64,000 bases of DNA from positions 4,554 through 68,553 of the forward strand of contig JBEKGF010000023.1 of assembly GCA_050012935.1 (NCBI GenBank). Reading direction: 5' to 3'. Positions 51,233-61,204 of the stretch are shown piece after piece. The notes beneath the pieces were generated by a model. That model searched no databases, had not been told where the DNA came from, and was given only the letters and a program-made list of their open reading frames with translations. A program made the position numbers and the translations under genes. The stretch's first letter is position 1, and each line of letters opens with the position of its first letter. The DNA is from Edaphobacter sp. GTDB lineage: Bacteria; Acidobacteriota; Terriglobia; Terriglobales; Acidobacteriaceae.

Positions 51233-51304
51233 AATACCTCGATTATCTCACGCGAGACGCGGTCTACACCGTCGCAAATCCCCGTAATCTCCACTGAATT
51301 CAGC

Positions 51305-54013
51305 TCAAAACAGACTCGCCGCGCGACGCAGATTCCCCGCCGTCCCGATATTCAACAACGTGAAGTTGAATCGTTCCGACGTCTCATTGCGCACCGAGCC
51401 CAGCTCGTACTTCCGAACCTCCACGCTGAACCCGCAGCAGTCCCAGTTATACGAGCCTTGCAGCGCGCCATACTGCAACAGCCCCGAATCCCCGGCCCTC
51501 AAATCCAGTCCCACGTTTGCCGCCACCCCCAACCCCGCTTTGGTCGGTGATCCATATCCCAGCAGCAGTTTCAATTGGTTGAAGTTCGACACCGCAGAAC
51601 TGACTCCCTCCGTAAAGAACCGTCCCGGCGCATTCAGCTTCGCATAGCTCAGACCTGCAAAAATATTGTTCTGATGTACGTCCACGATCACATTGTTGGA
51701 CGTAAATTTCTTCGCCCCGGTATCCAGGTCGAAATCCCACTCCACATCGATGTGCTCCGACGTCCGCCACCGCATCCGCGAGACCACCGGCGAAATCGCT
51801 CGCGGCTCCGTCAAAAACGCGATCCCCGAAAAATTCAGCGTCGTGTCGAAGATGTTCCGGCGCCCATTGATCACCGCCCCCCCGAAATTTTCATCGAAGA
51901 AGTACTTCTGTGTCAGGCGCCAACTGATCAACTCGCGGCTTCCGCACACCGGCTCGTGCTTCCCCCAGCCAACGCTCTGCTCCTTCGCATAAATCCGCCC
52001 GCCATCCTCATCCGGATCATCCTGCTCTCCGGTCGGCCGTTTTTCCTTGCATGGCCGATCCTTTACCGGACGCAAAAACAGCCTCTGCGTCACGCCGTAC
52101 TCCAGCTCATTCGTATCGCTCGCAACGTCGACATCGTCGAACCGCAGTATATTCAAAAAATTATTAATCCCCGCCACATAGCGATACGTAACCTCCGGCT
52201 CGATCGTATGCTTCACGTCATTCCCATCGAAAAGTTTCTCCAGGCCCGGCGCCGTAAACGTCCGCTCCAACACCGGAGCTCGCAAGTCCACCTCTGCCTC
52301 CACATCCGAGCGGTTGATCGCATTCGGCAGCTCGACCGGCAGCCCGTCCGGCGAATAAGGCGTCTGCCGGCTTCGGCTATAAGCCGTCTCCCGGAAGCCC
52401 ACCGACGACCGCAGCCGCCACCCATCGAATTTCAGCGGATACGAAATCTCCGGATGAAGATCCACCCGCTGCGTCAGGCCGCCAGTGGAAAAATTCGGCT
52501 GCACTCGCGACAGGCCCGCATACGAGCTCTCCACACTCCACTGCAACCCGCTCCTTCCGATCTCATGTTCCGTGCTGCTGAAATCCAGCGACGGCGCATG
52601 AAAGATACGCACCTGCTCCTCCGGTACTGCCGGCGTTCCCCCGACTGGGTCCGCAAATGGACGAGGACCGACCGGGCGAGGCAAGGCGGGCGTCGCAGCC
52701 TGAGCCGCCATCTTCAAACCCTGGTAGCGGTCCGCCCGCAGTCCCTCAGAATATCCATTCGACTCATGCACCCCATAGGCGATCGAAAGAATATCGCTCG
52801 ACACCGCCAGGCTGAAGCTCTCCGCAAACGCTTCGCGGTAGGTATACGAACTCAGATACTCTGCATCCGCGACCACCCGTGTCTCCTGGCTGAAGTCATG
52901 CCGGCCCGAGAACGTTACATCCTCGCCCCCCTGATTCACGAAGACCCCGTCCGTCACAATCCCGCGGTCCTGTAGCCCGCTGTAGTGCGACTTCGCAAAG
53001 TTATTCCCCAGCCCTTTATAACGAAACGACGCCGACTCCTCCCATCCGCGCAACGAGTAGTACTGCAACCCAATCGTCAGATCCGTGCTGCGGTTGATCG
53101 CCCAGTAGTACCCATCGCCAAACGTAAACCCCTTCGTCGAAGAGTACCCCGGCACCGGAATCAGAAAGCCGCTCTGCCTCTGCTCCGAATCCACCGGATG
53201 CGTCACATAAGGCATAAACATCAGAGGAATATTCATCATCCTGAAGATGCTGTTCTGCGCCTTCGCCTTTCCGCCGTCCATGTCCACCGTAAACTTGCCC
53301 GAGTCCAACATCCAATCAGGATTCGGCAACTGGCACGTCGTCAGCGTTCCCTCGTAGATCTCATACGTCTGCGGACCCGTCCTTACCACTATCTTTCCCG
53401 TAAACAGAAAGGGATTGCTGTTCGCATACGTCGTCAGGCTATGACCGTTGTTCTTCAGGCCGACAGACCCCGTCACATCGTAGAACCGCGCAGTCTGCAG
53501 ATTCAGATTCATCGTTCCGTGGCTGGCCTTGATGTCCTCATGGTTCGGCCCTCCGGTTACGTGCAAGTGTCCGTTGGCCGTCAGCTCGCCAGTCTCCGTG
53601 TTGTACTCGATGTGGTCCGCCCTCACAACGCGATCGCGATACGTAATAACAACATCGTCATCCAGCGTGTAGAGGTTTCCCGCCTTCGTCTGCGGTCCCA
53701 GCGACTCGATCACCACAGTCGTCCTGTCATCCTCGGCTGGCAACACCTCGGCAGCCGGATACTGCGTCGCCCCAGGCGCATCGGGAAGGCCCGTCTGAGG
53801 GGTTGCCTGACTCGTCACCTCTTGCGCCATCAGATGTGGATGACTTGCCACCGCCACCGTGATAGTTATCAAGAGGTAAACAGCGGCCAGGGAACTCTGC
53901 ACGAAGCGTCTCCCTCTGCTGTTCGAGAGAACGATCGAGATAGCGCGCAACACCTTGCATTTGCTCGTGCCCAACGCCAACGTACTCAACCTCAGTTGAC
54001 GCTGCCCAGGCAT
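51305..54013 (-). CDS. lptD: LPS-assembly outer-membrane protein LptD
   Basis: OstA-like N-domain (ADHIEYN, GTLTTC), QSGFLIP, YWAINRS, beta-barrel and C-terminal FNFTLLNIG. Start uncertain, possibly further downstream. Confidence 0.88.
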   Translation of the reverse strand: MPGQRQLRLSTLALGTSKCKVLRAISIVLSNSRGRRFVQSSLAAVYLLITITVAVASHPHLMAQEVTSQATPQTGLPDAPGATQYPAAEVLPAEDDRTTVVIESLGPQTKAGNLYTLDDDVVITYRDRVVRADHIEYNTETGELTANGHLHVTGGPNHEDIKASHGTMNLNLQTARFYDVTGSVGLKNNGHSLTTYANSNPFLFTGKIVVRTGPQTYEIYEGTLTTCQLPNPDWMLDSGKFTVDMDGGKAKAQNSIFRMMNIPLMFMPYVTHPVDSEQRQSGFLIPVPGYSSTKGFTFGDGYYWAINRSTDLTIGLQYYSLRGWEESASFRYKGLGNNFAKSHYSGLQDRGIVTDGVFVNQGGEDVTFSGRHDFSQETRVVADAEYLSSYTYREAFAESFSLAVSSDILSIAYGVHESNGYSEGLRADRYQGLKMAAQAATPALPRPVGPRPFADPVGGTPAVPEEQVRIFHAPSLDFSSTEHEIGRSGLQWSVESSYAGLSRVQPNFSTGGLTQRVDLHPEISYPLKFDGWRLRSSVGFRETAYSRSRQTPYSPDGLPVELPNAINRSDVEAEVDLRAPVLERTFTAPGLEKLFDGNDVKHTIEPEVTYRYVAGINNFLNILRFDDVDVASDTNELEYGVTQRLFLRPVKDRPCKEKRPTGEQDDPDEDGGRIYAKEQSVGWGKHEPVCGSRELISWRLTQKYFFDENFGGAVINGRRNIFDTTLNFSGIAFLTEPRAISPVVSRMRWRTSEHIDVEWDFDLDTGAKKFTSNNVIVDVHQNNIFAGLSYAKLNAPGRFFTEGVSSAVSNFNQLKLLLGYGSPTKAGLGVAANVGLDLRAGDSGLLQYGALQGSYNWDCCGFSVEVRKYELGSVRNETSERFNFTLLNIGTAGNLRRAASLF

Positions 54014-54107
54014 CGAGCCACCCGGTTCGTTCGGTTTTAAACTTGTCACACGCACCACATCTTTGAGGCTAAACGATTTTACGGAAGCGAGTTCGGAATT
54101 GAGCACT

Positions 54108-55514
54108 ATGAGCGCGGCGCAACGAGACCTGCTACCACTGGACGAACCGGCAGCCGAAACGGAAGCCACAGCCCCGGTTGCATTAAAGGAACCGTTCGCA
54201 CTCAAGGAACAGGTAGCCCAGCGTCTCGCCGCCCATCGCGCCCGCCGCACACAACGATCCGGCAGCGCCCAAACCCCCATCGCCAGCCCGGAGCCGGCGA
54301 ACTCGCGCACCTCCCGCATCGCCGCCGCAGTCGCCGAGCGCTATGCCAACTCGCAAAGCTACCGCGCCTTTCTCGCCGCCCAGGCCGAGACCGCCATCCG
54401 CGAAGCCCAGGCTGCAGCCGAGGTCGCAGCTCTCAATGCTCAGGCGGTCGCCGACGCCCAGTTCCAGCTCCTCGCGGAACTCGACCAATGGACTCTGACG
54501 CCTTCTGCACCGCCCCCAGCAACTCCTTCAGAGCATGCGCCGCGAATCACCGAAGCTCTACCCTCCACTCCATCTAACCCGTCGCAAGCCTACGGCCTTA
54601 CCGTCAGGCTCTACGACGAGGAGCAGGTTCCGCAAAAATATTTGCAACCGCACCTTACCTCAAACCGGGTCGACTCTCTGCTGTCGCTCGACGAAACCGA
54701 AGCGCTGGCCCTCGACGAAGAGATTGCCTTCCGCCAGTCGCCCGTCTTCGAGGACGCAGCGCCTCCCGTCGACCTCCCCGCCAACCTTATCGAGTTCCCC
54801 CGTCAGTTAGTAGCTCCGCGCAAAGCTCGTCCCCGGCTTGCCGAGGGCCCCTTGCGCGAAGAAGCCGATCACTCCGCACACCAGAACCCGGAGACGGCCC
54901 AACTCCGCATCTTCGAGGTCGAAGCCGCTCAGATCTCCACCGCTCCGGCCGTAGAATCCGTAGACCCCGAGTGGTCTTCCATCCTCCTCGCGGCCCATCC
55001 CCATCCCACCACCCCCCTCCTCGAGACTCCCGAAGCCCCCTTCCAGCCGGTCTTCTCCTCCCCGACCAAATCCCAGACCGCACCCTTCAATCTCCGCCTC
55101 ATGGCTGCCGTCGTCGACGGCTGCCTCATCGCCGCCGCTCTACTCGCCTTCATCGCTGTAGCTGCCCTCGCCGTCGGAAAATTCTCAGAAGGCCACGCAA
55201 CCATCGCAACCGAAATCCACATGACGCCGCAAGCCGCGTTGCTTGCAGCCACTGCGACATTGATCGTCCTCACCCTGCTCTACCAGCTCCTCTTCTTCAC
55301 TTTTTCAGAAGCGACTCCCGGCATGCGCTACGCCCGCATCGGTCTCTGCACCTTCTCCGACGACAACCCCACCCGCGCCGCCATACGCCGCCGCATCGTC
55401 GCCACCATCCTCGCCGCCTGCCCACTCGGCATAGGCTTCCTCTGGGCCTGGCTCGACGACGACGGCCTCGGCTGGCATGACCGCATCTCCCGCATGTATC
55501 AACGCAGCTACTAG
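54108..55514 (+). CDS. RDD family membrane protein with long N-terminal low-complexity region
   Basis: APFNLRLMAAVVD, TPGMR and HDRISR RDD motifs in the C-terminal third. Confidence 0.85.
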   Translation: MSAAQRDLLPLDEPAAETEATAPVALKEPFALKEQVAQRLAAHRARRTQRSGSAQTPIASPEPANSRTSRIAAAVAERYANSQSYRAFLAAQAETAIREAQAAAEVAALNAQAVADAQFQLLAELDQWTLTPSAPPPATPSEHAPRITEALPSTPSNPSQAYGLTVRLYDEEQVPQKYLQPHLTSNRVDSLLSLDETEALALDEEIAFRQSPVFEDAAPPVDLPANLIEFPRQLVAPRKARPRLAEGPLREEADHSAHQNPETAQLRIFEVEAAQISTAPAVESVDPEWSSILLAAHPHPTTPLLETPEAPFQPVFSSPTKSQTAPFNLRLMAAVVDGCLIAAALLAFIAVAALAVGKFSEGHATIATEIHMTPQAALLAATATLIVLTLLYQLLFFTFSEATPGMRYARIGLCTFSDDNPTRAAIRRRIVATILAACPLGIGFLWAWLDDDGLGWHDRISRMYQRSY

Positions 55515-55516
55515 AC

Positions 55517-55600
55517 TAGAGCTGTCTTGTAAACTAGAGCTGTCTTGTAACTAGAGCTGTCTTGTAACAAGAGCTGTCTTGCAGAGTAGAGCTTTCTTGC
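55517..55600 (+). repeat. Tandem array of five 17-18-bp units
   Basis: TAGAGCTGTCTTGTAAAC, TAGAGCTGTCTTGTAAC x2, AAGAGCTGTCTTGCAGAG and TAGAGCTTTCTTGC, with no spacers. Confidence 0.85.
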
Positions 55601-55617
55601 CGCGTCCTCTTCAGCTT

Positions 55618-55880
55618 TGTCATTCTGAGCGCAGCGAAGAACCCCCGCATTTGCATTTGCATTTGCAGTTGCATTTGCAGTTGTCGTTGCTCGTTGCTCG
55701 TTTTTTAGTTTGTCACCCTTCGCCGAAGGCGGAGGATCTGCCTTTGTCTCTGCCTTTTGTCTTTGTCGTTGCTTCCAGATGAGGGGGTTTCAGCCGCGTC
55801 TAGCCCGCAAGCGCCTCACCGCTCTGCCCTGAACAGCGTCGAAGGGCCGGAGCGAAGCCCGAAGGGGCAAAGCGACTGAT
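55618..55880 (+). repeat. Cluster of REP-like family B palindromes with (TTGCA[TG])n linker
   Basis: TGTCATTCTGAGCGCAGCGAAGAACCCCCGCATTT, TTGCAT/TTGCAG hexamers, TGTCACCCTTCGCCGAAGGCGGAGGATCTG and a further GC-rich hairpin. Confidence 0.7.
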
Positions 55881-55944
55881 TTATCGCTCTTGCATTCGCC
55901 GCAAACCACAGACAAGAAACACTTTACAAACCACCAAATTATCT

Positions 55945-56231
55945 TTTAGCGTTTTAAGCCCAAAAATCGCATGTCAAGCTCCGAAGCCACCTAAATCACT
56001 CAATCAAAACGAGTTATAATTGGCGTATTAGTTCCACTCAGCCAGCTATAATGGATATATAGAGTCAAGAAAAAGCCCCGGCACAGACTGGGGCTTCGCA
56101 TTTAAGCCAGTAAGTCGTTTGCTGGCACGAATTTAGCAATAAGTCCCGTGGTTGCACATATTTAGCAGGGATTGAACTAGCTATATCATTGCAGCCATTG
56201 AAGTTATCGCCGACAATAGGGGGGGTACCCC
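55945..56231 (+). repeat. Dispersed ~300-bp non-coding element, copy 3
   Basis: AAAATCGCATGTCAAGC (55963), CCTAA, TTGGCGTATTAGTTCC, GCTATAATGGATATATAGAGTCAAGAAAAAGCCCCGG hairpin, ...ATTTAGC sub-repeats and GGGGGGGTACCCC end. Confidence 0.82.
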
Positions 56232-56435
56232 TGGGGAGAAGAGAAAGGAAGCAGAGACCAAGGAACAACGGCCCTACCTTTGTCATTCAATCCGATCCGA
56301 GCCATAGGGGCGCGCACGAACCAGATCCGAGGCATCATTCGGTTTCGCGGATGTAAGCACACATCCACTGTCGCTGGAGTTCATCGCCATCCTCAATCAC
56401 ATCCAACGTGAGAGAGGATCGGAACCAGGAGCTGC

Positions 56436-56858
56436 CTACGCCAAAGGAGCCTGCGCCGCGGCCAGCAGATCCGCGCTCACTGCAGACGGGTCTCCAGCCT
56501 TGCCAGCAACCAACTCTGCCGTGGCTGCGGCAGTAACAAGAGCCCCTGTAGTCGGTGCGCGCTTCGTCTGAAAGCATTGCCGGCAAAGCACAGGCCGCCC
56601 CTGCGTCGGCTTGAACGGCACGGTCGTCTCGATACCGCACGCCGAACACTCCGTGCGTGTCTCCGTTCGCGAAAGACCGGCTGCGGCAGGCCCCGTACCG
56701 GCCTTCGCACTCGCGCCGGACCGCTTGGACTTGCATGGTTTGCAACGCTTCGGGTCATTCTTGAACTGTTTGTCGAAGAAGAAAAGTTGTTCCCCGGCGG
56801 TGAAGATGAACTCCCCGCCACAATCTGCACAGGTTAAGAGCCGATCCACAAATTCCAT
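56436..56858 (-). CDS. Double zinc-ribbon protein (zf-trcl plus CxxC-x17-CxxC type)
   Basis: DRLLTCADCGGEFIFTAGEQLFF...PKRCKPCK and CSACG...VPFKP...RPVLCRQCF. Confidence 0.9.
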   Translation of the reverse strand: MEFVDRLLTCADCGGEFIFTAGEQLFFFDKQFKNDPKRCKPCKSKRSGASAKAGTGPAAAGLSRTETRTECSACGIETTVPFKPTQGRPVLCRQCFQTKRAPTTGALVTAAATAELVAGKAGDPSAVSADLLAAAQAPLA

Positions 56859-57142
56859 ACCGCTTCTCCCGTTCGTTACGGAAAGGAAGAACATCCAGCG
56901 AGCCTGATCGTGGCAACACCCTGGAATTCAACCTTTGCTGATAATTGGTGCTTCCTGGTTTTTTGAGGGGGCCCGGAATGCTGAAACGCTTCGATTTGCC
57001 AGTCAATGTGGGCCGGTCGATTGGCTCTCTCTGCTGGTGCCAGTCAATGGCGGGAGTCCACTGCGCTGGCGGGTTCAAGAGGCCGCCTCGTCAGACTCTT
57101 CAAAAGAGGAGGAGACGGCCTGTCTTGGTTGCGGAGCAGCGA

Positions 57143-57340
57143 CTAATCCTGCTCCTTACGTACCTTCTTGCGATTGCGCTTACGTGCAAGCGCCTCTTTC
57201 ACGCGCTTCTTCTCACCTGGTTTCAGATAAAAAGAGTGGCGCTTAACTTCCTTGATGATGTCTTCCGTCTGCACCTTGCGCTTGAAGCGCCGCAGTGCGT
57301 TCTCAAGGGGTTCGCCTTCTTGTACTCGAACCTCTGCCAA
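57143..57340 (-). CDS. rpsU: 30S ribosomal protein bS21
   Basis: GEPLENALRRFKRKV...EVKRHSFYLKPGEKKR. TTG start with GGAGGTG SD. Confidence 0.95.
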   Translation of the reverse strand: MAEVRVQEGEPLENALRRFKRKVQTEDIIKEVKRHSFYLKPGEKKRVKEALARKRNRKKVRKEQD

Positions 57341-57495
57341 GAAAAATACACCTCCAAACATTCCCAATCGGGACACGTTCAGAATACGCCAGTTTGACTC
57401 GAAAATCACATAAAATCGTGGCTAATTTGACCTTGCAAAACTACAAAATCCCTCCATCAAAAACTCACCTTCCGCTTCAGCGTAAAATTCACTCT

Positions 57496-58017
57496 ATGAT
57501 CCGGTCCTATCAGGGAATAACTCCAGTCATTCCAACAAGCTGCTACATCGATCCCTCCGCGCAGATTATCGGCGACGTCATTCTGGGAGAACAGGCAAGT
57601 GTATGGATGAACGCTGTCATCCGCGGCGATGTTAACTCAATACGCATCGGCGCGAAGAGCAATGTGCAAGACTGTGCAGTCTTGCACGGCATGCGATACA
57701 TCTACCCAGTCATCGTTGGAGAGATGGTCACCATAGGCCACAACGCGACAGTGCACGGTTGCGTGTTGGAGGATGCTGTGCTCGTAGGCATTGGCGCCAC
57801 CATCCTCAACAATGCTCGCATCGGAGAAGGTTCCATCATCGCTGCCGGAGCCGTCATTCCGGAGCAGACCGTCATTCCGCCAAACTCGCTGGTCGCAGGC
57901 GTACCGGGCAAAGTCCGTCGCACGCTTGGTGAGGATGACAGGGCGATGATCCTCAAATACGCGCAGAACTACCTTGATTACACCGCGATCTACCTCAGGG
58001 AAGCCTCCGGATCATAA
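57496..58017 (+). CDS. Gamma carbonic anhydrase family (YrdA-like) protein
   Basis: Hexapeptide repeats, IRGDVNSIRIG, NVQDCAVLH, TIGHNATVHGC and AGVPGK. Confidence 0.92.
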   Translation: MIRSYQGITPVIPTSCYIDPSAQIIGDVILGEQASVWMNAVIRGDVNSIRIGAKSNVQDCAVLHGMRYIYPVIVGEMVTIGHNATVHGCVLEDAVLVGIGATILNNARIGEGSIIAAGAVIPEQTVIPPNSLVAGVPGKVRRTLGEDDRAMILKYAQNYLDYTAIYLREASGS

Positions 58018-58048
58018 ATCTTCACTCATCTTCGCTACACTGAAGGGA

Positions 58049-59341
58049 ATGGGCACTTTGAAAGCAGTACGCGGCACCCGGGATCTGCTTCCTCCAGAGA
58101 CCGCGCTTTGGAACCATGTTGAGGCCACGGCGCGCGCTGTCTTTGCGCGCTATGGATTTGGCGAGATCCGTACGCCGGTCTTTGAGGACACAACCTTATT
58201 TGCCAGGAGCGTTGGCGAGGAGACCGACATCGTCTCCAAGGAGATGTACACCTGGGAGGATCGCACGCGCGCTGACAGCGAGACGGGCCAGTCCCTCACT
58301 CTTCGACCGGAGAATACCGCCGGCGTTGTTCGCGCTTACATCGAACACAAGCTGGCAGACTCCGGAATGTTGCAGAAGCTGTTCTACATCGGGCCGCAGT
58401 TTCGCCGCGAGCGTCCGCAGCGCGGACGATACCGGCAGTTCTGGCAGATTGGGGCTGAGGTGCTCGGCCCTGCGTGGTCGGGGTCGGATAGTCCGCTGCG
58501 CGATGCTGAAGTCCTGGAGATGCTCGCTGCCTTCCTCAACGAGCTTGGCGTGAAGGGTTGGAAGCTGGAGATCAACTCCGTTGGTTCGTCGTCCGATCGG
58601 CCCCGCTATGTTGCTGCGCTGCGTGAGGCTCTGGGTCCGGTCAAGGCGATGATGAGTCCCGACAATCAGCGGCGCGCCGAGACGAATCCGCTACGTGTGC
58701 TCGACAGCAAAGAGCCCTTCGATCAGGAGATCATCGACAACCTGCCGAAGATTGCGGACTTCCTCGATGATGCGAGCAAACTGCACTTCGCGCAGGTGCT
58801 CGGCGCGCTGGATGCTTGTGGCGTTGCTTATACGGTGAATCCGCGCCTGGTTCGTGGGCTGGATTACTACACGCGGACGACGTTCGAGTTCACGGTTCCT
58901 GATGGAAGCGGGTTGGGAACGCAGAACGCTCTGCTTGGCGGCGGACGATACGACGGATTGTCCGAGATGCTGGGTGGACCGAACGCTCCTGGAATCGGTT
59001 TTGCGATTGGCGAAGATCGCCTCATCCTCACCTTGCAAGCGCAGGCGGAAGCTCCTGCGGAGAGGAAGCTTGACGCGTTCGTTGCTCCGATGGGTATTGC
59101 GCAGAATGCCGCTGCGCTTGTGTTAGCGAAGGAGCTGCGCGATACAGGGCTTACGGTCGAACTCGGAGACGGAAGCTTCCGGTTGAAAAAGTCGTTTGAG
59201 GCGGCGGACAAGCTGGCTCGACGCATGGTGATTCTGGGTGAAGACGAGGTTTCGTCGGGTATTCTGACGGTTAAACACTTTAGCGCAGGCGAACAGACCA
59301 AGGTTCCTCGAACCGAACTTGCGAAGTTCCTGCGAGGTTGA
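58049..59341 (+). CDS. hisS: Histidine--tRNA ligase
   Basis: RGTRD, DIVSKEMY, LRPENTA, FRRERPQRGRYRQF, LVRGLDYY and GGGRYDGL. Confidence 0.97.
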   Translation: MGTLKAVRGTRDLLPPETALWNHVEATARAVFARYGFGEIRTPVFEDTTLFARSVGEETDIVSKEMYTWEDRTRADSETGQSLTLRPENTAGVVRAYIEHKLADSGMLQKLFYIGPQFRRERPQRGRYRQFWQIGAEVLGPAWSGSDSPLRDAEVLEMLAAFLNELGVKGWKLEINSVGSSSDRPRYVAALREALGPVKAMMSPDNQRRAETNPLRVLDSKEPFDQEIIDNLPKIADFLDDASKLHFAQVLGALDACGVAYTVNPRLVRGLDYYTRTTFEFTVPDGSGLGTQNALLGGGRYDGLSEMLGGPNAPGIGFAIGEDRLILTLQAQAEAPAERKLDAFVAPMGIAQNAAALVLAKELRDTGLTVELGDGSFRLKKSFEAADKLARRMVILGEDEVSSGILTVKHFSAGEQTKVPRTELAKFLRG

Positions 59342-59374
59342 GCTTTTTCTTCAGCGAGCGACGACGATTGGAAA

Positions 59375-61204
59375 GTGAATAGGATCATGTTGGATTTTTT
59401 AGGCAGTTTGCAGCGGACACATACTTGTGGCCAGCTTCGCGCAGAGCAGAATGGGCAACCGGTGGTCCTGATGGGCTGGGTCAACCGGCGGCGGGACCAT
59501 GGGAACCTGATCTTTCTTGATGTTCGGGACCGCACCGGCATTACTCAAGTGGTGCTCGATAAGGAAGTGTCCGGCGAGGCGCATGCGAAGGCCGAGACGG
59601 CGCGCTCCGAGTACGTTGTCGCGGTGAAGGGCAAGGTGCGGCGCCGCGGTGCTGGCCTTGAGAACCCCAACATGCCGACGGGACAGATTGAGGTTCTTGC
59701 CAGCGAGCTGCTGTTGCTGAACGAGGCGAAGACTCCGCCGTTTTCTCCTGCCGACGATGCGATTGCGAATGAGGAGGTGCGGCTGAAGTATCGCTACCTC
59801 GACCTGCGGCGGCCTGAGATGCAGTCGAACTTCGCGCTGCGCAGCCGTGTGGCGATGGCGATTCGGAACTACCTTGTTGGGGAAGGCTTCCTTGAGATTG
59901 AGACTCCTTTCATGACGAGGTCTACTCCCGAGGGCGCGCGCGATTACCTGGTGCCGAGCCGGGTTCATGCGGGCAGCTTCTATGCGCTGCCGCAGTCTCC
60001 ACAGATCTTCAAGCAGATCCTGATGATCTCGGGATTCGATCGCTACTTCCAAATTGCTCGCTGTTTCCGCGATGAGGACCTTCGTGCGGACCGTCAGCCG
60101 GAGTTTACCCAGATCGACCTGGAGATGACTTTTCCCCAGCAGGAGATGGTGTTTCGCGTGGTTGAAGGTTTTCTGACTGCGGCGTTTGCGACGGCTGGGA
60201 TTCAACTGACTGCTCCTTTCGTGCAGATGACCTACGACGATGCGATTAAGAACTACGGGATCGACAAGCCGGATATGCGGCTGCCGGCGATGGTTTCGTT
60301 GAGCGATGAGCTGCCGGCCGAGCTGCGTGAGTCGTTGAAGATTGAGAAGGAGCTGCCGGTGCTTGGGTTTGTGATTCCCAAGGCGGCCGGTTTGAGCGGC
60401 ACGCAGAAGCGTGGTCTCGTCGAGGAGATTCGTGCTTCCTTCGGCGAGTCGGGCCTCGACTTTCTGGATGTGGCGCGGTTGAAGACGAACGCTTCATTCG
60501 CTCCGTTGGCAGAGACGATTGAGAAGAAGTTGAGCGCTGCCGCTGACGATCTGATCATTGTCATTACTCCCAGGATTGGCACTCCTGCACAGTGGAACTA
60601 CGATCCGCAGTGGATCTACAAGCGGGTTGGCGCGCTGCGGCTGGAGCTGGCGAAGAAGTATGCGGACAAGCACAAGCTCTTCGAGCAGACCGGCACGGCG
60701 GCGGACTTCAAGTTTGCCTGGGTCACCGACTTTCCCATGTATGAGTGGGACGAGGAGACGAAGACGTGGAACGCTGCCCATCATCCGTTTACGTCGCCGC
60801 ACGAAGAGGACATCAAGTCGGGCAAGCTGACCAGCGACAAGGGCGCCGTTCGTGCGCTTGCGTATGACATCGTGCTGAACGGGACGGAGCTTGGTTCGGG
60901 CTCGATCCGCATTCACCGCAAGGATGTGCAGGCGGAGATCTTCCGTTCGCTGGGCATGTCGGATGAAGAGGCGAAGGAGCGGTTCGGGTTCTTCCTCGAT
61001 GCGCTGGAGTACGGCACGCCTCCGCATGGCGGAATTGCGCTGGGTCTGGACCGGATTGTGATGATTCTTGCTGGTGCGACGAGCCTCCGTGAGGTGATTG
61101 CGTTTCCGAAGACGGCGAAGGCGATCGACCTGATGGTCGATGCGCCTACACCGGTGAGCGATCACCAGATGCGGGAGCTGCATCTGAAGGTGAACCCGCG
61201 CTAG
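59375..61204 (+). CDS. aspS: Aspartate--tRNA ligase, probably non-discriminating (Asp/Asn)
   Basis: RRRDHG (His, typical of the non-discriminating type), RLKYRYLDLRRP, LPQSPQ, RDEDLRADRQPEFTQID and PPHGGIALGLDR. Confidence 0.97.
   Translation: MNRIMLDFLGSLQRTHTCGQLRAEQNGQPVVLMGWVNRRRDHGNLIFLDVRDRTGITQVVLDKEVSGEAHAKAETARSEYVVAVKGKVRRRGAGLENPNMPTGQIEVLASELLLLNEAKTPPFSPADDAIANEEVRLKYRYLDLRRPEMQSNFALRSRVAMAIRNYLVGEGFLEIETPFMTRSTPEGARDYLVPSRVHAGSFYALPQSPQIFKQILMISGFDRYFQIARCFRDEDLRADRQPEFTQIDLEMTFPQQEMVFRVVEGFLTAAFATAGIQLTAPFVQMTYDDAIKNYGIDKPDMRLPAMVSLSDELPAELRESLKIEKELPVLGFVIPKAAGLSGTQKRGLVEEIRASFGESGLDFLDVARLKTNASFAPLAETIEKKLSAAADDLIIVITPRIGTPAQWNYDPQWIYKRVGALRLELAKKYADKHKLFEQTGTAADFKFAWVTDFPMYEWDEETKTWNAAHHPFTSPHEEDIKSGKLTSDKGAVRALAYDIVLNGTELGSGSIRIHRKDVQAEIFRSLGMSDEEAKERFGFFLDALEYGTPPHGGIALGLDRIVMILAGATSLREVIAFPKTAKAIDLMVDAPTPVSDHQMRELHLKVNPR

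Noticed and set aside
55517-55600. Possible CRISPR array
   Set aside because: The units are directly abutting with no unique spacers, are only 17-18 bp, and there are no cas genes in the window.
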